Positions 36,529 through 50,945 of a stretch of 64,000 bases of DNA are shown here, in pieces (the first letter of the stretch is position 1; each line of letters begins with the position of its first letter). The position numbers were made by a program, and so were the translations under genes. A model generated the notes under the pieces. The model saw only the letters and a list, made by a program, of their open reading frames with translations, was not told where the DNA came from and ran no database searches. Origin of the DNA: Podarcis vaucheri (taxonomy: Eukaryota); the NCBI GenBank assembly GCA_965113315.1, contig OZ220367.1. One strand, given 5' to 3'.

Positions 36529-38503
36529 TATGAAAAAGAGTTAATTTCTTCACAATTTTGGGCATGTTCCAACTTTTCATGATGCATGCTGATACATCAA
36601 TAAATGATTAAACTAAGATTGAAGACACTTGGTAATTCTTAGATTGTACCAGTAAATGAAAGAAATTGTGGTAATAAGGCTTTCTTTTGATATGTGCCTT
36701 TTATTAGTAAATGATGGGAAATGGGTTGGATCTGACATTTAAAAGCACTTGGCATTGAGATGCGCTGATGTCTTAAATGTATTTATCATAGGGAGGTTTT
36801 TGGCATTTATACTTAGGCCTTGAATATTATTTCTTTACACACCAAAAGGAAAAGAAAAGAGAAATGAAGATAAAAATTGGAAATTTATCAACAGTTCTGG
36901 GTGCCCTTGAGCTTTACCAGTAAAATGTCAGAAATGCTTGTGTAACAAGGCTTGTTTTCAGAAGCCAGAAATTGAATCCAGCTACATAAACAGTTTATAA
37001 CAAAACTGAGGATGCAAACTGGTAATTAATAGAGGCATTTACTTGGCTTGATAAAAACTTAAAAGTTCAGCTCTTCTGTTTGCCGACTTTTTATAGGTGA
37101 TCAAGGTACAGCATGCCGTAGCACTTAATTCTACGAACTTCAATATAATTTTATGTGAAAAAATGCTGTCATGGGCCACCCCACTCTCTGCTAAACATAG
37201 CAAGATTCCAGGGGTCTTGGCACTTAACCAGGCTTTGTGTTTCCTTTGGGGAAAATGAGGCACAGCGGAGACTGTAGTATCTTTTAAGATGTATGGATTC
37301 ATTTACACATATATACACCTTAGCCTTGATGGAGGGAGTGCAGAATATTACACCTCAAGTGTCCTTTGTTGCTTCTCCTATAGTTTCAACAAGCTTGGGT
37401 CCACAGCAGGAGCGAGTCATGGTCCCTGAATACAGACTCTCCCTGCCAGCTGTCATGGAGGTCTGTCCACTTCCTGCTTAATTCCCCCAGAAGCCCTTGC
37501 CAAATGCAACTCCCTTTCCACTTACATTATCACCCACTGTAACCCTGGCAACCTCCTCCTCTGTGCCTGGCAGTGTCTTCTGTTTTGTTAATGACTGGGC
37601 ATATCAGTCTTTGTTGCTTAATAGCTTATTCCCAGCTAGCTATGTCAAACTGGCATTGTTATCCTAAACTTAATCCAGCAGTGTTTGGCACAGTTTTAAC
37701 CAAACTTTTAATTAATTCTAACTTTTACCAACTTCAGGAATTATGGGTAACTTGCACACACAGACTCTGGTGCCCCAAACCTGTAACAATACAGTAAACA
37801 AAATTCTATCAGCATTTTAGCAGTTACCCTCCAATTTAATCACATATTCAATATGTAGTGAGTGTCCTAACAACTGATCCATTTGTAACTGTGCAGGTGC
37901 ACTACTATTTTAAATTAATAAATAAAGAGAAAACACTGTATTGAAACAGACGCTGGGTTGCCAAGGAGATACTCATACAATGAAGGGAAAAGGCATCTTT
38001 AAATGCTGTTCAGACAGACAAAAACGCAGGAAGATTACACAGTGGGAAAACTGCACATGACACTTCGTTGCTTATAGTTTGTTCCCCCCCAAATTGTGTT
38101 TGTTTTACAAAATGCAGCAGCAGAGACTGCAAATTAAAGTGGAAGGTCAGTATTGAAGGAAACGGGCTTCTTAACCCTTTCCTTTCTTGTCGTATTTCCT
38201 GCTTACAATTGCTTCCTTCCCCTGTTTTTCAGCTTTTGGCCCTGAAAAGAAAAAAGTTCTCATACCACCCCCACCCCCACCACCGCCTTTCAAGACATGT
38301 CTGGCAAAAAGCAGCTTGTTTTTCAAGCCTTCGTTACTAAAAACAACAACAAAAAGTCAGGGAAAAACTCCACGTAAGTAAACAACATATGCAGGGAAGA
38401 TAATAGAAAGGGAATTCTGAAGATAATAGACAGTGGTTCACTTTGTTGCCTCAACTAATAATTGGGGCTAAGAAGTTCTCCTCACGCCGCAAATATCTGA
38501 TTA

Positions 38504-38746
38504 CAGTGGTACCTCGGGTTAAGTACTTAATTCATTCTGGAGGTCCGTACTTAACCTGAAACTGTTCTTAACCTGAAGCACCACTTTAGCTAATGGGGCC
38601 TCCCGTTGCCGCCGTGCCGCCGGAGCACGATTTCTGTTCTCATCCTGAAGCAAAGTTCTTAACACGAGGCACTATTTCTGGGTTAGTGGAGTCTGTGACC
38701 TGAAGCGTTTGTAACCTGAAGCATATGTAACCCGAGGGTACCACTG
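38504..38746. mobile_element. Tigger-like MITE (subfamily 1)
   Basis: Same TIRs and body as 36287; TA TSD. Confidence 0.92.
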
Positions 38747-39087
38747 TATTTGTGAGCTACATTAACTAATTTAGCTACAGGTAGTGAGAAGCTAGGCTGA
38801 TTTTGAAAGGATGCCACACCATGGGGGTGGGGGACCCAACTGCTTCCATTCCCCCTTGAAAAGACAGTATCCTAATATTTTGCAGTGGATAGTGTAGATA
38901 AGGCCCAAATATTCCCTTCAACATCTTTGAGAAACTGTAATACAAAACACTAAATAATAGACACTTGAAATATTGTAATTGTGATTTCTTTCTATTCCTT
39001 ACTAGTCTGTCTCCACTTGGTGCCCTCAAGATGTTTTGGTCTATATCTCCCATCAGCCCCTTCCAGCATAGCAGTGCTGGGAGTTCC

Positions 39088-39088
<1 letters not shown>

Positions 39089-39135
<47 letters not shown>
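39089..39135. repeat. (CAT)n microsatellite
   Basis: Read directly. Confidence 0.95.
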
Positions 39136-40379
39136 TGATTGCATTTGTACACTGCCCTTCATTCTTAGATCTCAGGGTCGTTTGCAGTGTGATTAATACA
39201 AGATAAAAATACAAAACATTTGGAGGATACCAGGTTGGGAAATGGCACCTTAGTGAGTGAAGGTTATTTGAGGATTCAGCAGCAGAGTGGACAATTAATT
39301 TTCCACAGTTTTGAAAGGTTCTACTCTTGTTCTCTCTCCTGCAATTTATGTTGCATGTTTAGACTGTGGGGTTTTTTCTGGCATGTACCCCCTTGCAAAA
39401 AAAACAAACAACCTAATCCATTCATCTCCATTTGAGTCATGCTTTGACCAGATTTTCCACCTGGGAACTATCCCTTAAGCTTTGCTAATGGACTTAATGA
39501 ACCTTGCTAATATGGCTTATAATTAATCAAAGATTGTAAAGAGAGCAGAGTTATCCATGGCTGTGTCACCTCCAGATTGCATTACTGAAAACTATTATTT
39601 GGAAGTGCCTTTGAAACAACTGGGATGAAATGTAAATCACTCTAAATTGCACCTCCTAAGTAGGGGGTTACTGGACACAAGACATGATCACTCAGGTCTA
39701 GGTGACCCAGGTCATGACGTAATGTGCATTCTGGGAAAGGGTGTATTGTTCATAAATTTCTATGGTGTCCTTCAGTATAAATAGTCTCAGAAGGGTTTAC
39801 ACAATTAGAATAAAACAGATATAATAACTCAATAGTAAAAAAAGGAATAAAAACTGGTAGCAATGAAATCATCACAGTAAAACAACTAAAAATTAAAAAG
39901 CTCTTTGTCTGGGACATAGTCACCTGGTGCTGAAAAGATAGCAAAATGACATCAGGCAAGCTTCTCTAAGAAAGAATTCTATAAATTGTGTGCCTCCACT
40001 AAGAAGGCCATCTTCTCCCCAGTTCCTGCCCACCTTACTTTTCACTGTAAGGACATTAGAAGAAGGCCTTAGATGATCTCAGCAAACAGGCAGGCTGATG
40101 TGGTATCAAGAACATAGTTTGTAGCCTTATGCATTGCCCTTAAATTTGCCAACACTTCTGAAAAGTTATACTTCAGAAGCTGTAATCAACAGGAACTGGT
40201 TTAAGAATACAGGGTTTCTTTCTTGAGTAAGAAAAGAAAGAAATTTCAAAACTGTAAAACGACATACATCCCACACCTGTTATTTATCTTTCCTTTTGGA
40301 AAGTCAACTTTTATTAAGAAGATAGCCAACATGATGCCCTCCAAACGTTTTTGAACTCAAACTCCCACCAACCCCATCC

Positions 40380-40685
40380 ATCTTCAGTTCAATTTGCCTC
40401 AATTCTGCATCAGTATGCCATTTTTCAAAAAAAGATTTGTTTTTGAAAGCAAATTTCCCTAATATAGTACATTTTGGGATATGATTTTCACTAATATACA
40501 CCTTTCTGTGCACATTTCCCCAATATATGGATTTTTGTACATATTTTAGTTAGAGAACTGCATCACAAAATTCTGTGAAGCAGACTTTAAATGATAGCCA
40601 TGTTTTATTTAGCATACTACTTGACAAGTGCAAATTATGTAGGTTCATATTTTAATGTGCACTGAGCAAATTTCTTCCCCATCCT
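40380..40685 (+). repeat. Old unclassified interspersed repeat (same family as 800-1140)
   Basis: Shared blocks such as gagaactgcatcacaaaattc and atttccctaatata. Confidence 0.5.
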
Positions 40686-40793
40686 TCGGAGTATCTTTTA
40701 AACACAGATCATTAAAATTGCAACAGCTGTGACTCAAGCTGCTAAAATTAATATAAATATCCTAATTGCCCATCCTCTGGCAAATATCCTAAG

Positions 40794-41404
40794 CATAGCT
40801 GTCAAGTGTCCCTTATTTGAAGGGACAGTCCCTTATTCCAGCGCCATGTCCCGCTGCTGTCCCTTATTGATGGATGTCCCTTAAATGTCCCTTAAATGAT
40901 GTCCCTTAAATTTCAAAGGAAGCAGCTCCTCTCCCTCCCTCCCTGCCAGCCAGGGAGGAGGGAGGCTCCAACTGTGTTGCTTGGCTGTGTTGCTCACCCA
41001 ATAAGAAGTCTAAGATTGACGGGGGTGAGGGGGTGGAGCTTGCATGCCTTGTGTGTGGCTAGTTAACGCAAGCTGAGGGGTTTTTTGAATGCTGGACGCC
41101 ATTTTGTTGCATGTGCTGCTGCAAACTTTGCAGTGCAAAGCCAGGCCAGGAGCCATCTTAAGTTGAGGCTGCATAGGTCTTGTGGTGCATGTGATTCAGA
41201 GGCTATTCAGTTGAACCTCTGGTTACAAAGTTGGTTGGACAGTGTTATTGAAGCTACCAGCATGAGTTTGACCAGACTGCAGGAGGACAGGAAGACTGGA
41301 GTGCCTGGAACAGGTGAGGCTGCAGGTCCCTTATTTTGGCTGCTGGTCCCTTATTTTCAAGGCTGCTGGTCCCTTATTTTCAAATCTGTAAGTTGACAGC
41401 TATG
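40794..41404. mobile_element. Non-autonomous hAT transposon (611 bp)
   Basis: 12-bp TIR CATAGCTGTCAA / TTGACAGCTATG; perfect 8-bp TSD ATCCTAAG; iterated subterminal GTCCCTTA motifs. Confidence 0.9.
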
Positions 41405-41495
41405 ATCCTAAGACATGTGGGAAATCTGCTCCAGTTCACACTTCTAAGTTGTAGCTGTTGGTAAACTTCACACAGCATATAAAATCTCGCCTTCA

Positions 41496-41636
41496 CATAG
41501 AATTTTATAGTTATAAAGGACCATGAGGGTCATCTAGTTCAACCCCCTGCAATGCAAGTATCTTTTTGCCCAACACAGGGCTCAAACCCATGACCCTGAG
41601 ATTAAAAACATCATGCTTTACTGACCAAGCTATCAG
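41496..41636 (-). mobile_element. tRNA-Lys-headed SINE with CR1-derived tail
   Basis: Minus strand gatagcttggtcagtaaagcatga...ttaatctcagggtcatgggtttgagccctgtgttgggcaaaaa...cattgcagggggttgaactagatgaccct. Confidence 0.75.
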
Positions 41637-42408
41637 GGCTACTCATGAACAGCCTTTTGTGTGAAATATATGAAAAACTCATGGAAGCAAAACTTTTGAC
41701 TCTGAAAACTGAATGGGAGGCCTTACTGGGGTCAAGAGTGCTGCTGAATTGCCCCAGGTCATTTCCCTCTCCTAGAAATATAGGACCAACATCTTATTTG
41801 TTGGGTGCTATTCCGAACTGGGGGAAAAAATAGTAAGATAGACTATCAGGAACTGCAAGATTTTCACATGTGAACACAGCAGAGCACAATGGAGAGAATA
41901 TATTTAGTCCTTCAGTCCTCAAAAGCTATCAACACAACCAGGAAGCAGTAGCTAAATGGGGTTTCCTTCTGGCCATAAAGCTGCAAAGGAGTAAAGAGGA
42001 CCAGCTAAAGACAGATGCGTTCCAAGTACTCTGGCATGCGTTCCCTGACTCAGCATCTAACTGAACCAACTTCTTAGCTAGTTAAGTCCTCATGCTCCAA
42101 TGCTGTCTGAATAATAGTTAAAGATACCACAAACATTTACTAAAGATCTGTTAAAAACACACTTCAGAGGCAAGTGACATGGTGATGGAGGTGGCAAGGG
42201 AAGGGATCTAGCTAAAGTCAAAGGCAATGAGAAAAGCCAGCTTTTGAGGGGTAAAGCATCTGATCAAGTGTAGCATGGAGCAGCCTGCTAGTGTGATTCT
42301 GAGCAGCTAAACAAATTAGGGCATTCAGTTATAAGTAAGCCATATAAATAAAAGTCATCCTGAATCTGAACAGGGCTTTTCACAGATGTCCAAGATCAAA
42401 CATAAGTA

Positions 42409-42628
42409 CAGCGGTACCTCGGGTTACAAACACTTCAGGTTACAGACTCTGCTAACCTGCAAGTAGTATCTCGGGTTAAGTACTTTACCTCAGGATGAGA
42501 ACAGAAATAACGCGGCCCGGCGGCAGCAGGAGGCCCCATTAGCTAAATTGGTACCTCAGGTTAAGAACAGTTTCAGGTTAACAACGGACCTCCAGAACAA
42601 ATTAAGTTTGTAACCAGAGGTACAACTG
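42409..42628. mobile_element. Tigger-like MITE (subfamily 1 variant)
   Basis: TA|CAGCGGTACCTCGGGTTAC ... GTAACCAGAGGTACAACTG|TA. Confidence 0.88.
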
Positions 42629-44892
42629 TATCATTATTTATAGAATCTTATTCTAACAAGGTGATCTTGCTAAAAGACTTGGACCATTCAAGAAATGTAA
42701 AAAATGACTTGGCTTGTTTAAGGTAGAACATGTTGCTTGGTTGGGTCCCATTCATTTAAAGGTGGTGATTAATGGCTGAATTAGTGGTGTTGCCTGAAAT
42801 AGATATGGTGCTGGGTTCTGGAGGATCAATTAGGCAATTGCAATCTACTGCTTATGGCTGGTGTGGGCTGAAATCAGTGCTGGCTTATACCATAGGGACG
42901 TTTCCTGTTTACCTCAATGATACTCTCATTTGTCAGAGTAAAGCCAAATCACAAACATATTCTTGGGGCAGGCAAAGAATTCAAACTGAATCAAGCTACT
43001 CAGTAGCACAATAGCAGAGCCAAATGATTCCAACTGAATTTTCTATTCCAAAAGGAAATAACTCCCAAAGGCCAATTCTCTGCAAAAAATCAGCCCAGAT
43101 CTACCTCAGTATCTTTTTAAAATTCCAAGTTATTTAGATTGAGCTGAAGCTAAGCAGGGAGCAAAATTATGCACTAGTTGAAGATAAATAAAAATAAAAA
43201 ACAGTCACCTGGCTGAGTTTCACAGGCATCAGATGAAGTTTTATGTGAGGAACGGTTGGGCAAATATATCACTCTGCTTTGTAAAAATGAGGCAAGTCAA
43301 TTGCTTAAAGAATAAGCAATCATGAGTAATCTTTCATTTCTAGAATTGTACTTTGACTGTACCTTTAGATTTTGATAGCATTTTAATTTATGGGTCTTCA
43401 CTGGAGTGCGCTATGTAAATCAGTGCATTTTTTATCTTTTCAAATAACAATCTGTTTCTGATAAAAAGTGGACATGCTGCAAGGTAGGGAATTGCACTTT
43501 TTATGTTCACCATCACTGTTTCAAATTTATAATAGCTTCCTGAATATACAAGAGTGCAGGAGGAAAAAAGGTATAAACTTCACACACCTCAGTCTTTGTT
43601 AGATGATCAATGGAAGTGGTCAAAGAGGCACACTTTTCATGAGTGAAATAATTTCATAATGGGTGATATATTTATTTTAAAATGCATAAATAAATCTGTA
43701 TGCAGCAGTGCTCAAGTTATAGGGAAAATGTAGCGGGGGACTTACTCTAGCAGGGACTGACCCTCCTTGTGAGGACAAAGGACCAGTTCGGTTAGTGTGC
43801 TCCTGAAGACAGATGGAATCTTATGGATTTCTGGACAGTCTGTGGGATGCTCCTGGTACATGAGCTACAGTTGAGACCCCCATGCAGTGTTGAGATGGAG
43901 AAGGCCATTGACAGGTTAGCTCCTAAATTCCCTCTCTGACTACAGGGAGTCTTGAAGTCTCCTTGGTTTTCTAAGGTGCTCTGGGTAAGTGAGCCAGTGG
44001 ATAGCTAGAGCACAGGTGGTGCATCTCCTGCTGTGAATCTGACTGGCTTATAGGAGAATTATTATAGAACACTCTGAAGATAGAAGGAGCTATTTAACTA
44101 CAAAGTGTAATTATTATCAGTTAGCAATGCAAAAGGCATCATTAGCATCTAACCATATTACAGAAGTTAATAGAGACCTTTCAACTTTCACAAATTTAGA
44201 ATAAAGAAATTCCCATTATGAGACATTAGCGCCAGATGGCCAACTAAGGTAATGAGTAAGTGAAAAAGATGAAATTGCATGCTAAATAATTACGTACATG
44301 TGTTTGGAATTGTGAATGGTAGACTAAAGTCCAATTGCAGGGTTGTTTTTCCTCTTCATGTTTTTCATGCAATGATTGGTTTTTAAGTTTGCATCACTCT
44401 ATCATCTTCTTTGACCTTTCTCTCCAAATGGGATTATAGTGTACAGTATTAAAATGTCAGGTGTTCATGCAACAGTAACTTTGCTCAATTCCTTCAAGCT
44501 TATGATATTCTATTAAAATAATTAGGAGTCATTACCTTTGAGACAGCATTTGCAGAACACAGTGGTCTCAAAAGGCAAATTGACTGTAATCTTCAAACTG
44601 CTCACTAACCCTAATCTACAACAACATATAGTCTACATATTAACTTTTTTTTCGCTCATAGTAGCCCTGGCCAAAAAGAAAACAATAGTTGGAACAGCCA
44701 GCATCCAGACACAAAGAACTGGCAAAATTCACACTGCATTTTCTTCTCCGTGCCTGGTGAGTTCCAAACATCTGTTAAAGGAAATTATAATTTTATACTC
44801 ACATTCTTCCAAACTCTTTATAGTGCTCTTAGTTTGAATCCTTCACTTCCTTCATCCTATCCCCATCTTTACTTTTTCAGGATTGATTGACA

Positions 44893-45400
44893 CATACATA
44901 CACACATACATACGTACATACATACATACATACATACATACTTATACCCTGCCCATCTGACTAGGTTGCCCCAGCCACCCTGGGAGGCATCCAACCGATA
45001 TTTTTTTTAAAAAACACAGCAAAACACCAAACATTAAAAACTTCCCAATACAGGGCTGCCTTCAGGCGTCTTTGAAAAGTCGTATAATTGTTTATCTCAT
45101 GGACATCTGATGGGGTGGCCAATACTGAGAAGGCCCTCTTGCCTGCTTCCCTGTAACTTCTCACAGTGTGGGAACTGCTAGAAGGCCCTCAGAACTAGAT
45201 TTCAGTATCCAGGCTAAATGATGGGGACGGAGACACTCTTTCATGTATACAGGGTCGAGGCTGTTTAGGACTTTAAAGGTCAGCACCAACTCTTTGAAAT
45301 GCACTCGTAAATGTATTGGGAACTAATGTAGATCTTTTAGGTGCAGTCTTATATCGTCCTTGTGGCCACTTCCAGTCATCAGTCTGACAGCCGCTTTCTG
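44893..45400 (-). mobile_element. L2-type LINE 3' fragment with (TACA)n microsatellite tail
   Basis: ttataccctgcccatctgactaggttgccccagccaccctggg...; minus-strand ORF remnant AGKRAFSVLATP. Confidence 0.7.
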
Positions 45401-48252
45401 GCTGTATCCCCTCTGGAAATTCCAAAGGAGGCTGCTCGGGGGGGGGGGGAGTGCCTTCTGCAAACTAGCTGGATGAGGAGATTGACCAACCAGCCTCATC
45501 TCTCTGGGAGAGTTAGGTATGTCCTCTTATAATATAATGTTTATAAAGTTTATGTGAAGGAGAGGGTGGTGCTGTGATGGAGAGGACTTTGCCATACCCC
45601 AAGCACCATCCTCACTAATAGAAAATTTCCCATTGGTGATCATGTTCCACTGACAGATAATCAAGTGATGAAGTCTGTGACTTGAAGCCTATTCCTATTC
45701 CAGCAGAGCTTACACTTAAGAAACTATGGTTGAGTGCACAGCACAGCACAGCACAGCAGTGAAGTAAGTCTGACTGACCACACAGTATGTGTGTTTAGGA
45801 TTGCAATCTTAGACATTCAGGTTGGGAACAAGGGCATAAAAAACTCTGACTAGTCTACAAAGCAGTACTATATATTATAAACTGTAAGATGAATTCAAAT
45901 TTTAAAACAACCACTTTGGCAAACACTATCAACAAGTATAAACAAGTGAAACATGCAAGAAATGCAAGAAATGCCATAAGTTACATCTTCACAATTGTTT
46001 TCTGCCAGGAAAACATTTGTAGCCACAAAAATGAATACACAGTTTATTAAATAAAAAAACAAACCAACAAATTCAACACAGAGTCCTAATTTGTTTGGGA
46101 CAAATGAATTCTGTACCTTTTAGTGTGGTTTTCAAAAAGTTGCATGCAGACAAATCCTTTGTCAAGGAGGAGTTCCCTCTATCTTCCTGGGGCGTTTTAA
46201 TTAATGGCTGTTTAACAGTTTGCATGCAGTTTATTTACATTGCGTACTATATACCTTAGGTACATTGCTAAATTAATCATACTGATTTATTAACCATGCT
46301 TTTCTCAATTTTTTTAATTCAAACTATATTTTACCAAAACTGAATCCAGGGCTGGCTTGAGACCAGCTTTATTTCCTTTAAGAAATGTCTAGGCCCGTCT
46401 TGCTAATCTCAAATGGGTTCCTTGAACATCTGGGAAATGGTACTACCATCTGGACTTACTTCATCTTGTATTATTCCACTTTTCTGAATAATTGTTCATG
46501 TGCAACACTACCAAGTTTTGTTTGCTCTGTATGCATGCTACTTTCCATCCCTTCCCACCACTTTCTGGGGGACGTTTAAGAAACAATTTCCGGTAACCTG
46601 TAAAATCCTACTTTAAAAAATGAACATGGATAAATGTTAAATAGAAAATGGTAGCCACTATAATTTATTCCTCCAGTAATCTTTCTTTAAACAGTACTTG
46701 ATAATCTATTTTCCCCCTTTCACTTAATGAAGGAGGTAACATCACAAGAATGTTCCTTTGTGTTCAAAAACCTACCCATCTGTTGTTCAGGAGATGCTAT
46801 AGCTCTATGGTAGAACAAGGAATGACTGGTAGTTATTGGACCTGGAAGGGCCGCTAGAGGGTGTGGCCCAGGAGGCCTCAGAGGAATGGGCAGGTTGTTC
46901 TGGTTTTATTCACATCCTCCTCTTTTTGCAAAGATACAGTGGACATTTGAGTACTGCGCCTCTACAAATAGCCATCACCAAAGTAAACCACACAGTGTTT
47001 TACCTTGATTCAGAAGGGGTCCTCAGCACATCCAACGTGTGGCTATCTTCTGGGACAAGATTTTGTGGATAGGGTGTGCGAGTTAGGTGCAATCCATGCT
47101 CCTCTACTACTTTGCACACTAAACCTTTTTTATAACAGCATTTTAAATTTGCAAAATGTTTTATGGTCTTCATGTAAATGTCACTCTTGCATCATTAATT
47201 TGCTGACCACAGTGACTCGTTCTCCCTTTGCCGATCTGTTAGGAATACCAGCTCTTGAACTGAGGAACTGGGGCAAGAGAGGAAAATACTGCTTAAGGTA
47301 CTGTAATACTTTGAATATCAAGAGTTTTGAATTTCAGTACATTTACATTTATCTAACAAGGAGGCAGGGTGCACATAATTACAGCATTATCACCTTACTT
47401 AATCATTTTTTACAGATATAATTTTCCAGTAATATGATATTACAAACCTTAGTAAAGCCTTTTAGCGGAGTAGACAATTGCTAATAAAATGGAAAGAATC
47501 CCTAGGGAAATGTGACATATCTTTCCTGTTTCTTCCACCCAAATAATTTTCACTTTTCCTCATTAGTACTGCCTGCAAAAAGAGAACCAGCAGCATGAAA
47601 TCTGAAACGAAATTGCAATCTGCTGTTACTGGTACCATATATGGAATGTACTTCGGCTGTTCCAGTGGATTCTGTGGGCCTGCTTCAAAGCAGTAGTAAA
47701 CCAATATGGGCAAACCTACTTATCCTAAGATGTTTAGCTTATTTTTGTATTCTCTGGAAATAAAAGCTAGGCATTTGTCACTGACAATGGTGTTTTTTTG
47801 AAGAGCAAAAAGTCAAGACTAGATCTGCACTGAATATGATTAATTATGGCATTCGCCTTACAATGTAAACATGCATAGGATACTGCTGTTGATGCGACCA
47901 GATTACAGAAATCAAAACAAAACAAATCCCTTCACTGTGCCAAGCCTTAGAGTTGTTCAATCGCCTCATTTGCCCACGTTACTACTTAGTGCTATTGGCT
48001 GTGGCGACTACAGTATGGAATTCTTCTTAAGAACATCCATAGCATTGTGATAACATTGGTAAAATTGTGTGGGTCACAACAGCCAATAAGGATTAAATGG
48101 CAGTGTGGGCAAATAAAGCCAAGGGCTGTAATAGGGTAGAAGGAAATAGAAAATGTCAGTGACGCTATAGTGTAAAATGATGCAAATTTGCAACAAATGG
48201 CCCAAACAAGCAAGTGTATCTGACACTCTGAAAAAGAATGTGAGAAGAAGTA

Positions 48253-48494
48253 CAGTGGTACCCCGGGTTACATACGCTTCAGGTTACATACGCTTCAGGT
48301 TACAGACTCCACTAACCCAGAAATAGTGCTTCAGGTTAAGAACTTTGCTTCAGGATAAGAACAGAAATCAGGCTCCTGCGGTGCGGCGGCAGCAGGAGGC
48401 TCCATTAGCTAAAGTGGTGCTTCAGGTTAAGAACAGTTTCAGGTTAAGAACGGACCTCTGGAACGAATTAAGTACTTAACCCAAGGTACCACTG
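48253..48494. mobile_element. Tigger-like MITE (subfamily 1)
   Basis: TIRs CAGTGGTACC / GGTACCACTG; TA TSD. Confidence 0.92.
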
Positions 48495-50587
48495 TAAGTT
48501 TAAAGTCCTGTGATAGTTTAGAACAAATTATCTATTGTAAAAAGTACTCCCTCACCCCCTCCATCTAAAATTAGCCCAGAACATAACAGCAACTAGTTTC
48601 ACAATATTCAAGAAGCTTCAAACATGTAATTCTTATTTTAAACTCTTTAAATTCCAATTAATCAATAAGCATCCTTGTTTCATAATCTTAAGAAAGAGAG
48701 TAAGCACCTCTTTATACAATAGCTTTGGCATTAGATCATGACTGATGGCTGTGATGAGCAACAGGAATGCATGATACCATGACACTCTTGTTTCAGTATA
48801 ATTTACAAACACTGGCTTAAGTAGTGTTTAGTCACTGCTGGCAGATGCCATGTGAAAACAGTGTGTCAACAAATGCATTTCAAAGATTTAATCTCTGCCC
48901 TGTTACAAATTAGAATAAGTAAAAACTGTCTGGAGACTAGCCCAGTGAAGTGTCAGAATGCAAAATCCGATAAAACCAGGAGTGCAGCCAGAGAAGCTCA
49001 ACCGAAGGCCTGAACATAAGTGCCATTTCTTCAGTCTCTGCAAAGAGGACATCAGGGGCAGCCAGATGTTTCTGCCGGTCTCACTGTGGCGCTTTCAGCA
49101 AAATACTCGCCATCTGGTTTGTCAAGGCCAAATGAGCACATGAGTAACCCTACCCCCAATAAACAACAAAAAACCCCTCTGAGTTTGTATTGAATATTAA
49201 AATTTTTGCTTCTGTTTGTGAAGGTTCAGACTGCGAATATTTGATGGCAGCATATAAATGGAACTATGTAAATGGAAGATAAAAAGAACAGAATAAGGTC
49301 TGTGCAAAGTTAAACAGTTATCCATTTACCGACAACTTTGCACTGAAAAATATGAAATACCGCCATCAGCAGCAATCTAAGGACATATAACATTGATCTC
49401 TCTCAAGCATTGGTTCCTGTGTGTAGTTTTGCATGTTTGTCTACTACCACGTACCCTACAAATTCTGAAGTGTACGTATGCTCACAGTTCATGTATTATT
49501 ATGTATAATTATGACTGCTAAATTGATGATTTAGTTATCTTTACAGTGCTTGTTATATATGCAAAAGGCACAAACGTGCTCAGAAAGTATGAGTATTTAT
49601 ACAGAAGACAATTTCCCTAATATAAATAGTATGTTGAATTTATTTATAACAATGTTTCTCCTAAACCATGTGTAGTTTTCTATCCAAAGATAAGAAAATG
49701 CAGCTGAGGTTAGAAGAAACTCAGATTTATAACCCATACTTACTTACAATAAATCTGAGTTCACTTATGAAGTATAAAAGAAAAAGAAAGAGAAAACTGG
49801 ACCAATGACATTTGGCTTTAAGAGATACGCTCATTGGCAGAAATCACATTTCAGAGAGACACTGGGCTACTATAACGTATCAGGGCAGCACGCAAAAGTA
49901 GATGTTTTGAAGACAAAAAGTGGATTTGGAAAAAGCTTTCCTCCTCAATCTGAATCCAGGGAGTGTTTGGGGATATGTTTTGGACTTGTATGCTCATTTC
50001 TCCATTAACCTCTTCTTTTCCACAATAAAAACAAGCAAACAAAAACCAGTGTTTATTTGAATGTGGAATCTCCTGACAACGCAAGAATAAACCCTCTTTA
50101 CTAGATCTGTTCGAGCTTCTAACTATGCACGTATGAAGGCGGTAAGGTTTCCAAGAAACTGAGAAGCACAGTATTTGAAGTTTCAACTAAAAAGCCAGAG
50201 GCTTCTTTGGTAACAAAATATACAGGACAATGTATATTTATTTTAATGTATCTTCAAATAAGGAAAAATATAACATATAGATTTTTGGCTCACAAACATG
50301 TTTGTCTTAAGTAGATACATTTAGGCTCCCTCCTGATGGCAACATCTGTAGCATATATCTGTGGGTCTTTCAGATGTATTTGGATTAATCCGTCAAATTG
50401 TTAACTGACAGCATTTGCACCTTGAAAAAAAATATTTTTATAATGTCTTAATTTTTAAAACAACACTTTTATGACACATTCCACTATTTTCCCTGTTGGT
50501 GGGTTGGTGGGTTTTTTTAAGGTACACTTGGTTTATAACAAGGCAGATAACACCCACACCAAAAAAAAAAAACAACAAAACAGAAAT

Positions 50588-50945
50588 AGGTAAAGGTAAA
50601 GGGACCCCTGACCATTAGGTCCAGTCGTGACCGACTCTGGGGTTGTGGCGCTCATCTCGCTTTATTGGCTGAGGGAGCCGGCGTACAGCTTCCAGGTCAT
50701 GTGGCCAGCATGGCTAAGCCGCTTCTGGCAAACCAGAGCAGCGCACGGAAACGCCGTTTACCTTCCCGCCAGCATAGTACCTATTTATCTACTTGCACTT
50801 TTTGGTGTGCTTTTGAACTGCTAGGTTGGCAGGAGCAGGGACCGAGCAGCGGGAGCTCACCCCGTCACAGGGATTCGAAAGGGCCGACCTTCTGATCAGC
50901 AAGTCCTAGGCTCTGTGGTTTAACCCACAGCGCCACCTGCGTCCC
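50588..50945 (-). mobile_element. Sauria SINE
   Basis: Reverse complement of the 17983 element; (AAAGGT)n at 50588-50600. Confidence 0.92.
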
